Source: Candidatus Nanoarchaeia archaeon (GTDB taxonomy: Archaea > Nanobdellota > Nanobdellia > SCGC-AAA011-G17 > JAFCDX01). From it: a stretch of 64,000 nt of DNA. Numbering within the stretch: position 1 is the first letter of the stretch; every line of letters starts with the position of its first letter. Shown here piece after piece: positions 9,244-16,575 of this stretch. Location: assembly GCA_028716945.1 (NCBI GenBank), contig JAQUOT010000001.1:283280-347279 (forward strand). Direction: 5' to 3'. A program made the position numbers and the translations under genes. Below the pieces are notes generated by a model. It made no database searches. It worked only from the letters and a program-made list of their open reading frames with translations, and had not been told where the DNA came from.

Positions 9244-9513
9244 ATGGTACAATTATTAGAAAAACAACAACTAGTACATTCTCCTAATTTAGATACTGTT
9301 CTAATGGTAGAAGATATTTTAAAAAAAGCTGGAGAAGTAATAACTTTGGCAGAACTAAAAAGAAAACTTCCAAGAAAAGTTATGCATAATACTCTTATAC
9401 AAATATTAGATTATTTACAAATGAGCGGAAAAATAATAATTGGAACAAAAGGAATTCTTTGGATATTTACCGAAAGAAAAGAATTAAATGATTTAATTAA
9501 AAAAAGGAACTGA
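9244..9513 (+). CDS. small hypothetical protein (winged-helix-like)
   Basis: 89-aa ORF with an upstream TATA-like element. Weak wHTH-like pattern only. Confidence 0.45.
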   Translation: MVQLLEKQQLVHSPNLDTVLMVEDILKKAGEVITLAELKRKLPRKVMHNTLIQILDYLQMSGKIIIGTKGILWIFTERKELNDLIKKRN

Positions 9514-9543
9514 AGTATGAATCAAGATTTCAAATAATTATTT

Positions 9544-9759
9544 TTAAAAACCTAATTTCTTTTTAGCTTCTTCAAATGAAACTACTTTTCCTTCGCGTAT
9601 ATTTTTACGAGCCTTAACAATTGCTTTTTTAGTTTCTTCTGATAATTCCATATCTTTTTCTAATAAACCCCAAATAATATCTTCGTAAGTATCTTCTTTG
9701 AACACTTTTCTTTTATTCAATTCTTTTAGAATATCACTAGATAATTTAATTTGTTTCAT
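9544..9759 (-). CDS. small hypothetical protein (antitoxin-like helical protein)
   Basis: 71-aa charged helical ORF directly abutting the upstream wHTH gene (stop 9760 / start 9759). Confidence 0.45.
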   Translation of the reverse strand: MKQIKLSSDILKELNKRKVFKEDTYEDIIWGLLEKDMELSEETKKAIVKARKNIREGKVVSFEEAKKKLGF

Positions 9760-10071
9760 TTAATTTTTAACAACAATTTCTTGTTCTAAACCATTTATTA
9801 AATTCCAATCTAATTTTATTAATTGTTGAACTGCTGGATTTTTAGTATTTAATTTGAAAAGATCTGATTTTCCTACTCTTCTTGTTTTTATTACAATTCT
9901 ATTTTTTTCTAATTTTTCCCAAAAAGTTTGTAATGTAGAATAACTTACTCCAGAATTTTTTGCTATTTCTGTTAAAGGATAATCAAATAACTGGAAGGTT
10001 ATTAAAAAATCTAATACTTTTATAATTGGATTATTACCAAATACTTCCACAAACACAGTTTCAGTTTTCAT
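9760..10071 (-). CDS. winged-helix transcriptional regulator
   Basis: 103 aa. HTH segment LTEIAKNSGVSYSTLQTFWEKLEKNRIV followed by a wing (KTRRVGKSDLFKLN). Confidence 0.6.
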   Translation of the reverse strand: MKTETVFVEVFGNNPIIKVLDFLITFQLFDYPLTEIAKNSGVSYSTLQTFWEKLEKNRIVIKTRRVGKSDLFKLNTKNPAVQQLIKLDWNLINGLEQEIVVKN

Positions 10072-10093
10072 ATACTAACACACACCCACATAC

Positions 10094-10106
10094 TTATAAA
10101 TGTTTC
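10094..10106 (-). promoter_or_regulatory. BRE/TATA promoter for 9760..10071
   Basis: Minus strand reads GAAACATTTATAA, ~23 nt upstream of the ATG at 10071. Confidence 0.45.
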
Positions 10107-10133
10107 TGTTTGTGTTTTTATATTACAATATTA

Positions 10134-10147
10134 GAAACATTTAAATA
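10134..10147 (+). promoter_or_regulatory. BRE/TATA promoter (GAAACATTTAAATA)
   Basis: Matches the window-wide promoter consensus. About 29 nt upstream of the ATG at 10169. Confidence 0.5.
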
Positions 10148-10168
10148 TTCTTAAAATATGTGAAAAGT

Positions 10169-10441
10169 ATGGAATTTAATGAAGATCAAATAAAGGCCAC
10201 TATTTTGTATGACTTAAGAAGAAAGAAAGTAATTGGTGGAGTTCATGTTCCATTTGATACACTTAAAAAGGGTTTTCCTCCACATTTAAAAGGAGAAGTT
10301 GATACTATAGCAAAAGATTTAATAAAAAAGGGTTTGTTAATACCAAAACCGGCTTCTTATGGATTACAAGTTTCTATAAATAAAGAGAAAATGAGAGAAA
10401 TAGAAGAATTTATTAAGAAAGTATTAGGATCTGAATTTTAA
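10169..10441 (+). CDS. hypothetical protein
   Basis: The ORF-track start is a GTG at 10160. The ATG at 10169 fits the promoter spacing better. The gene abuts map. Confidence 0.5.
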   Translation: MEFNEDQIKATILYDLRRKKVIGGVHVPFDTLKKGFPPHLKGEVDTIAKDLIKKGLLIPKPASYGLQVSINKEKMREIEEFIKKVLGSEF

Positions 10442-11326
10442 ATGAACCAAGATTTCATAAAAGCAGGAAAAATTGCTTCACAAGCACGTGAGTATGGAAG
10501 AAGTTTGATTAAAGAAAATGCTTCTGTTTTGGAAATTGCTGAAAAAATTGAAGCTAAAATAAGAAGTCTTGGTGGAGAATTGTCTTTTCCTTGTGATGTT
10601 TCTATTAATTTCATTGCTGCTCATGATTCTCCTAAAATAAAAGATGAAAGAACCTTGAAAAAAGGGGATATTGTCAAAATTGATCTTGGAGCACAGGTAA
10701 ATGGCTGTGTTACAGATACGGCCTGTACTGTAGAAGTTAATAGTACTAAACATAAAGACTTGATTAAAGCCTCTGAAGAAGCTCTTGATAATGCTATTAA
10801 GTTATTTACTCCTAGGACAAAAGTCTGTGAAATAGGTAAAGTTATTGAAACTACAATTAAAAAATATAATTTAAGCCCTATTAGGAATCTTGCTGGTCAT
10901 GGTGTTGGTGTTTATGAGATACATACAGGAATTAACATTCCTAATTATGATAATAACAATCAAACTGTTCTTGAAAAAGGAATGGTCTTTGCTTGTGAAC
11001 CTTTTACAACTTATGGAGATGGAATTGTTATGGATGGGAAAAATTCTGAAGTTTATTCTCTTGAAGATCCTGGTAAACCAATTAGAGATTCTGGTTCTAG
11101 AGAAGTTTTAAAGTATATTAAAGAAAAGTATAAGACTTTACCTTTTTCTAAAAGAGATTTGAGTAAAAAATTTAATATATTAAAATTAACTTTGGCTTTG
11201 AATAATTTAGAAAGAGAAGGAATAATACAGCAGTATAATATATTGGTTGAAAGGTCAAAAGGTTTGGTTGCTCAGACAGAACATACTATAATTGTTGATG
11301 AAAAACCTGTTGTTGTTACAAAGTGA
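10442..11326 (+). CDS. map: methionine aminopeptidase, type 2 (archaeal)
   Basis: 294 aa. Pita-bread metal-ligand context (FIAAHDSP, KIDLGAQVNGCVTDTA, NLAGHGVG, FACEPF, AQTEHT) plus the type-2 helical insertion. Confidence 0.9.
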   Translation: MNQDFIKAGKIASQAREYGRSLIKENASVLEIAEKIEAKIRSLGGELSFPCDVSINFIAAHDSPKIKDERTLKKGDIVKIDLGAQVNGCVTDTACTVEVNSTKHKDLIKASEEALDNAIKLFTPRTKVCEIGKVIETTIKKYNLSPIRNLAGHGVGVYEIHTGINIPNYDNNNQTVLEKGMVFACEPFTTYGDGIVMDGKNSEVYSLEDPGKPIRDSGSREVLKYIKEKYKTLPFSKRDLSKKFNILKLTLALNNLEREGIIQQYNILVERSKGLVAQTEHTIIVDEKPVVVTK

Positions 11327-11369
11327 AGTTGTTAGCGTTTGGAACTTTTAGAAAAAGTGTCTCAAAAGG
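11323..11369. repeat. imperfect direct repeat DR-A (~47 bp)
   Basis: GTGAAGTTGTTAGCGTTTGGAACTTTTAGAAAAAGTGTCTCAAAAGG, ~80% identical to 12671..12718. Begins at the map stop codon. Confidence 0.7.
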
Positions 11370-11409
11370 TTGTGAAAAGGTTTATATTCTACAAAAACAT
11401 ATTTAAAAT

Positions 11410-11631
11410 ATGGTAGATAAAGTTGAAGAATTTTGGAAAAAGTATGTTAAAGCTGACTATTTAGAACGCACGAAGATAATAGAAAAATTAACAAAAGGCA
11501 AATTATTTAATTTGTTTACGAGTAATAGTAAAGTTCCAAAAAAGATTAGAAAACATGCTTTAGCACTTAGTTTACAGTCATATTTTGATGATTTAATAGA
11601 CTATTTGGAATCTAAAAAATTTAAGCGTTAA
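11410..11631 (+). CDS. hypothetical protein
   Basis: 73-aa ORF with a TATA-like element upstream. No family recognised. Confidence 0.4.
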   Translation: MVDKVEEFWKKYVKADYLERTKIIEKLTKGKLFNLFTSNSKVPKKIRKHALALSLQSYFDDLIDYLESKKFKR

Positions 11632-11744
11632 AAGATAGATTGACCTAGGTTATATATATTTATAACTTTGGTAGTTTTAGAATTTTACTATAAATTTAGA
11701 TTATCTTAGATAAAGTTTATATATTTATTTGACTTTATAGGGTA

Positions 11745-12074
11745 ATGAATTATAAAGATGCACTTATTATAAAGCTTAAAACCTATAAAAGAGAGGATAT
11801 TATAATAACTGACCATGCACAAACCCAAGCCATATTTAGGGGAATAGATTTTGATGAAATAAAAGAAAATATTATAAACCCCAAAAGATTATATTATGCT
11901 AAGAAACAAGCAGCAGAAAAAGAAAACGAAGAAAAATATGATTGTTACTTTGATTATGGTAAAAAACAATGTCAAAGGTATATACTTGTTGTTAATGGAA
12001 AATGTATTGTTTGTACTGTAATAAAAATAAATAGGAGATGGCAAAGTTTAATAGAAAAAAATGCAAAAATATAA
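11745..12074 (+). CDS. DUF4258-like putative toxin
   Basis: 109 aa. The ITDHAQTQAIFRGIDFDEIKENI pattern is typical of DUF4258 (H-A-x-x-R...I). 14-nt overlap with the next ORF. Confidence 0.5.
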   Translation: MNYKDALIIKLKTYKREDIIITDHAQTQAIFRGIDFDEIKENIINPKRLYYAKKQAAEKENEEKYDCYFDYGKKQCQRYILVVNGKCIVCTVIKINRRWQSLIEKNAKI

Positions 12075-12420
12075 TTTTAGTTATGATATAGAGAATGATG
12101 ATCTATTTATATTTAGACCAAATTGTAAATCTAACGCAAGTGTAGAAATGGGTAATTTTATCTTTGATTATAATAATAAAAAGGAATTTGTGGGATTACA
12201 AATAATAAATGCTTCTAAATTTTTAAAGGATTGGATTAGTGAAGAAGATTTAAGGAATATAAAAAGTATTCTTTCAAGTTTAAAAGAGTGTAAACTTGAT
12301 GTTAAACAAGAAAATAATCTATTGCTTATTAAAATATTCTTATTTAGTCCTATAAAGAATATAATGGCTCCAATAATGACTCCCAGATTAGTAGAAGTTA
12401 GCCCTTCTTTAAGAGTTTAA
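12061..12420 (+). CDS. DUF2283-like putative antitoxin
   Basis: 119 aa. The YDIENDDLFIF...FVGLQIINASK pattern resembles DUF2283. Overlaps the upstream DUF4258-like gene. Confidence 0.45.
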   Translation: MQKYNFSYDIENDDLFIFRPNCKSNASVEMGNFIFDYNNKKEFVGLQIINASKFLKDWISEEDLRNIKSILSSLKECKLDVKQENNLLLIKIFLFSPIKNIMAPIMTPRLVEVSPSLRV

Positions 12421-12486
12421 TTATATCCTTCTTTCTATAGTTTCTTTTTTAATAATGCTTATAATTAGGTTTTTATTGAGTTTTTT

Positions 12487-12669
12487 ATGCACATTAAAGA
12501 ATTACCTTGGTTTAATCGTCCTGGCTATAAATTAGAGAAAAATGGAGCAAGTTCTTTGGATAGTGCTGAATTGTTAGCTATTATTTTTGGAAGAGGTTCT
12601 ATGCAGGAAAGTGCTTTGGAATTGGCTAATAGGTTGGTTTTTAAGTATAATTTGAATAGATTTAATTAA
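12487..12669 (+). pseudogene. RadC-family N-terminal fragment (JAB domain absent)
   Basis: The 60-aa ORF matches only the N-terminal part of RadC/UPF0758 (IKELP...RPGYKL...GASSLDSAELLAIIFGRGS...ALELANRL). It stops before the HhH and JAB regions. Confidence 0.5.
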
Positions 12670-12670
12670 G

Positions 12671-12718
12671 GTGGAGTTTGTTGGCGATTGGAACTTTTAG
12701 GAAAAGTCTCACAAAAAC
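12671..12718. repeat. imperfect direct repeat DR-B (~48 bp)
   Basis: GTGGAGTTTGTTGGCGATTGGAACTTTTAGGAAAAGTCTCACAAAAAC. Partner of 11323..11369. Begins just after the stop of the RadC fragment. Confidence 0.7.
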
Positions 12719-13179
12719 TAAAAATACAAAGGATCTATCACACTTTTTTTAAATCTTTTTTTAAATAATATCCATAAAATAATCCAACTCAAAATGTAAG
12801 TTATAGCAAATAATTCTAATGGGTACTTTAAAGAGATTATTTTATTTAATTCTATAAATAAAATTCCGTAAGTTATTCCTATTATAACGGAAAACATAAT
12901 TAAAGCCACAATATGAAAACTACTTTTAAGTATCTTACTATAAATTCTATTTCTTTTTATTTTAATAGATCTTGATTTATTAGGAAAAGTCTGATCATAT
13001 AATAAGATGATAAGAGGCATTATTAAATAAATTAATGCTATCAAAAAGAAAGGCTTAAGCGAAATTATAACATTATCTAAAAAAGGGTAACCAAAATTAA
13101 ATTGTTGGGTTAGTAAAGCTATAAAAGCTCCACAAAAAAAGATTAAAATAGTAATTTGTAATCCTAAGTTTTTTTTCAT
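12718..13179 (-). CDS. hypothetical multi-pass membrane protein
   Basis: 153-aa ORF with 4-5 hydrophobic helices. Confidence 0.5.
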   Translation of the reverse strand: MKKNLGLQITILIFFCGAFIALLTQQFNFGYPFLDNVIISLKPFFLIALIYLIMPLIILLYDQTFPNKSRSIKIKRNRIYSKILKSSFHIVALIMFSVIIGITYGILFIELNKIISLKYPLELFAITYILSWIILWILFKKRFKKSVIDPLYF

Positions 13180-13272
13180 TTTTATATAATAATTTCAGAA
13201 GTATAAATAACTTTCTGTTTGTTTAAGGGACTATACGATAGTTTTATAAATTAAATATCCCTTAAATGATTT

Positions 13273-13959
13273 ATGGGTAAGAACCACCACAGACATAAAG
13301 ACAAACGAAGTGTATCTAATAATCTATTAAAAAGTTTAAAGTGGTTTTTAATTTGGACTATTATTTATGGACTTTTATATATTATTTTTAATTTCTTATT
13401 AAAAGAAATGCTTGGAACATTCCCATTTTATCAAGTTAAATTTATTTCTATTTTAATATTAGGGTTATGTTTTTCTATATCCGCTAGGATTATTCATTCT
13501 TTAATTCATAAAAAACATATTTATTTAGGAACAGATGTCTTCATATTTTGGACATTGGCTTATGGGTTATCTATTTGGTTTTTTGAATTTTTAAAAGATT
13601 TATTTATAGATAAATTAAATTTAACTATATTATCTAATGTATGGTTAGGTTTTATGTTTATCGCAATAGGAATTTTCTTCTCAATAAAAATTATTAAAAG
13701 AATAGAATTTGGTATTAGTAGACCAAAAATTAGGGCTCCTTCTCAAATTGTTTCTGGAATACTTTTACTTGTTGCAGGAATATTAACATTTAGATTTTCT
13801 ACAATTATATTTTTAAATTGGTTAAAATGGGGAGAAGGATTGGCTTGGAGTTGGTTACTAGGATTAGGTTTAATAATCGCAGGAATTTTAGTATTGGTTG
13901 CTTGGTGGAGAAATAATGTTCTTCAACATAGAATCGGAATCAAATTTGGACGGTGGTGA
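13273..13959 (+). CDS. hypothetical multi-pass membrane protein
   Basis: 228 aa with a basic N-terminus and ~6 TM helices. Its TGA stop is in frame with the ParB-like reading frame that follows. Confidence 0.55.
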   Translation: MGKNHHRHKDKRSVSNNLLKSLKWFLIWTIIYGLLYIIFNFLLKEMLGTFPFYQVKFISILILGLCFSISARIIHSLIHKKHIYLGTDVFIFWTLAYGLSIWFFEFLKDLFIDKLNLTILSNVWLGFMFIAIGIFFSIKIIKRIEFGISRPKIRAPSQIVSGILLLVAGILTFRFSTIIFLNWLKWGEGLAWSWLLGLGLIIAGILVLVAWWRNNVLQHRIGIKFGRW

Positions 13960-14052
13960 AAAATAATAAAAAAATCAGATCTCCATTTCATCCCAGTAGA
14001 AAAAACGGAAAGAAATCCAGAAAATCCCAGAATTAATTTTGATCCTAAAAAG

Positions 14053-14883
14053 ATGGGTGAATTACAAGAATCTATAAATGGGGTAGGTATACTCGTTCCC
14101 TTAATTGTTTATTATGATGATCAAAAAGATAAATATATACTTTTAGATGGGGAAAGAAGACTCAAGTGTGCTAAAATTCTAAAATTTAAAACGGTTCCAG
14201 CAAACATAATCTCTAAACCTTCTAAATTACAAAATATACTTCAAATGTTTAATATACACAATGTAAGAATTGATTGGGGCCCTATGGAAGTCGCATGGAA
14301 ATTAAAGATCATAATGAATGAATCTGGAATTGAAAAAGAATCTGAATTAGTTAGAATGACTTCATTAAAACCTGCAGAAATAAGGAAATCAAAAATACTT
14401 TTATCCTTTGATTGGAAATATCAAGAGATGGTTCATAAGGGAATCCAACAAGGAGGAATAAAACAAGATTTTTTAGTAGAATTAAACCCCACATTAAATT
14501 GGTTAGAAAACGAAATACCTGAAATAGATAAAAATAAGTTAATAGACTCTTTAATAAATAAACATAAGAATAAAATGATTGATAATTATGTAACTGGATT
14601 TAGAAACTTAAGTAAACTAATAAAATCTGGACTAAAAAAAGATAGAATACGTCAGATATTCATTAATTTAATAGAAAAAGAAAAATATTCTTTAGATGAT
14701 GCCTTCGAAACTTCTGTTAAATATCGTGTAGATATAAATGAAATAGAAAAAAGAACGAATAAACTTCTAAATTTGTTAGATAAATTAAAAATAAAAGGGG
14801 TTGATGAAAATACAGCAAATTTAGTTTCTTTATTAAAAGAGTTAAAACAAAAGATAGAGTCAATATTAAAAAATGGAAAATGA
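14053..14883 (+). CDS. ParB/Srx-domain protein (ParB-like N-terminal nuclease/CTPase fold)
   Basis: GILVPLIV...YILLDGERRLKCAKILKFKTVPANII matches ParB boxes including the GERR arginine patch. The conserved first strand and NP.NPR..FD box (IPVEKTERNPENPRINFD) is encoded at 13987..14040, upstream of the first ATG/GTG/TTG, so the true 5' end is unresolved. Confidence 0.75.
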   Translation: MGELQESINGVGILVPLIVYYDDQKDKYILLDGERRLKCAKILKFKTVPANIISKPSKLQNILQMFNIHNVRIDWGPMEVAWKLKIIMNESGIEKESELVRMTSLKPAEIRKSKILLSFDWKYQEMVHKGIQQGGIKQDFLVELNPTLNWLENEIPEIDKNKLIDSLINKHKNKMIDNYVTGFRNLSKLIKSGLKKDRIRQIFINLIEKEKYSLDDAFETSVKYRVDINEIEKRTNKLLNLLDKLKIKGVDENTANLVSLLKELKQKIESILKNGK

Positions 14884-15757
14884 ATACGAAAAAGTATCTA
14901 AAGAATATTTTAGGAGTTTGGGTTTTAGATATATTAAAAAAACTAAATTAATTAGTTATATAAATTTACAATTCTTAATTTATAATGATGGAAAAGAATC
15001 TATAGCCATTTATACTTTAAATGAAAGAAAAGAGTCTATTCATAATGTTTTAGAAGGAGTAAGGCATTGTAGTCAAGTTAAACCTTCTATAAGAATTTGT
15101 TTGTGTATTCCCGTAGAGAGTTATTTACCTGCAGATTTAAGATTAAAAATAGAAAATACAAACATAGAAATATATACTATAAAAGAAGGAATTTTAGATT
15201 GTTATTTAAAGGCAAACGATATAAAAATACTAGAAAGTCTAAAAATTGAAGATTTAAAAAAATTGCTAAAAAATATAAATTTAATTTCTTCGAATTATCT
15301 AAGATTTAATTTATTTAAAATAGATAATTCTTTACTTAATAAATTAAATTTGAATGTTTCTTCGGAGAAAGACTTTACTTACCAAGCACAAATATTAAGT
15401 TCTATATTAGAAAGTTTAGATTATAAAAGTATAAAAAACGAAATTAAATTTACAAAAAAAGAAGAAAAAGAATTAAAAGAAGGTCATTCTATTTCCGTAA
15501 TAGTTATTCTATTCAAAAAAAAGAAACTTAATTGTGATAAAGGGTTTGAAGAAGCAATAAAAGAACTAAGGAATCTAAGAGATTTAAGGAATATGCCTCC
15601 AAATCATCCTTCTTCCGGATATAAAAAAGTATGTAAACTTTATATAAATAAACAAATACCAAAAACAAGCGCAGATTGGAAAAAATTAAGCCAAATTACT
15701 TTGTCGCGTTTTCAAGAAAGTTTATTAACTATAAAAGGGCGTATAATAGGCAAATGA
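14873..15757 (+). CDS. hypothetical protein; possible N-terminal PD-(D/E)xK nuclease fold and C-terminal HEPN-like Rx5H motif
   Basis: 294 aa. N-terminus EYFRSLGF...IYND(39)...LNE(51)RK(53) gives D-x11-E-x-K spacing. C-terminus LRNLRDLRNMPPNH has R239-x5-H245 at nt 15587..15607. Overlaps ParB by 11 nt and dam by 4 nt. Confidence 0.6.
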   Translation: MENEYEKVSKEYFRSLGFRYIKKTKLISYINLQFLIYNDGKESIAIYTLNERKESIHNVLEGVRHCSQVKPSIRICLCIPVESYLPADLRLKIENTNIEIYTIKEGILDCYLKANDIKILESLKIEDLKKLLKNINLISSNYLRFNLFKIDNSLLNKLNLNVSSEKDFTYQAQILSSILESLDYKSIKNEIKFTKKEEKELKEGHSISVIVILFKKKKLNCDKGFEEAIKELRNLRDLRNMPPNHPSSGYKKVCKLYINKQIPKTSADWKKLSQITLSRFQESLLTIKGRIIGK

Positions 15758-16566
15758 GATCTACATTTTTAAAATGGGCTGGAGGAAAAAGGAGGATACT
15801 TAAAAAAATAGATACACATATCCCAAAAGAGATAAATACTTATTTTGAACCTTTCTTAGGGGGAGGTTCAATGTTTTTTTATATTAAACAAAAATATGTT
15901 CCTAAAAAATGTGTATTATCTGATATCAATAAAGATTTAATTGATTCATTTAAAGCGGTTAGAGACAATCCCAAAAAATTAATCTCTTCTTTAAAATATT
16001 TCAAAAAGAAAGATTCAAAAGAATTTTTTTATAATACAAGAAAAAAATTTAATGAAAATAAAATATTTGGAGTGAGAAGAGCGGCAGCATTTATTTATTT
16101 AAACAAAACCTGTTTTAATGGATTATGGAGAGTAAACTCGGCAGGAGAATTTAACGTTCCTTATGGAAAATATAAAAACCCAGAAATATTTAACGCAGAG
16201 AATATCTTTTATGCAAGCTATTTATTAAAAGAGGTTAAAATTTTACATCAAGATTATAGAAAAATAATTAAAATTGTTAAAAAAGGAGACTTGGTATATT
16301 TAGATCCCTGTTATGATCCATTAAAAAAAACAAGTTTTGCTAATTACACCCCAAAGAGATTTAGTGAATTAGACCGTATCGAACTTGCAAAGTTTATAAG
16401 ATTTTTAAATTATAAAGGAGTAAAAATTATCTTAAATAATAATGATATTCCCCCCATAAGAAAATTATATTCTAAATTTAATATACAAGAAATATTTGTT
16501 TCTAGGAGTATAAATTCTGACCCCTTGGGAAGAGGCAAAATAAAAGAGTTAATAATAACTAATTAA
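15754..16566 (+). CDS. dam: Dam-like N6-adenine DNA methyltransferase (D12 class) with variant DPCY motif
   Basis: FLKWAGGKRR start, motif I FEPFLGGGS, NKTCFNGLWRVN, and catalytic motif LDPCYDP (canonical DPPY). Start set at the ATG at 15754 (ATGA overlap) rather than 15676. Confidence 0.85.
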   Translation: MRSTFLKWAGGKRRILKKIDTHIPKEINTYFEPFLGGGSMFFYIKQKYVPKKCVLSDINKDLIDSFKAVRDNPKKLISSLKYFKKKDSKEFFYNTRKKFNENKIFGVRRAAAFIYLNKTCFNGLWRVNSAGEFNVPYGKYKNPEIFNAENIFYASYLLKEVKILHQDYRKIIKIVKKGDLVYLDPCYDPLKKTSFANYTPKRFSELDRIELAKFIRFLNYKGVKIILNNNDIPPIRKLYSKFNIQEIFVSRSINSDPLGRGKIKELIITN

Positions 16567-16575
16567 TAATCCTTT

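Noticed and set aside
10098-10142. 10-11 bp perfect inverted repeat AAATGTTTCT...AGAAACATTT, as a possible operator
   Set aside because: Each arm is the window-wide BRE/TATA consensus (GAAAnnTTTAWATA) of one of two divergent promoters at the correct distance from its start codon. The symmetry is explained by back-to-back promoters.
13957-13959. Genome-wide TGA reassignment as the explanation for the in-frame TGA before the ParB-like domain
   Set aside because: TGA clearly terminates well-conserved genes at the expected ends (polB at 8595, map at 11326, DP1 at 44762). No conserved gene here needs an internal TGA to be read through.
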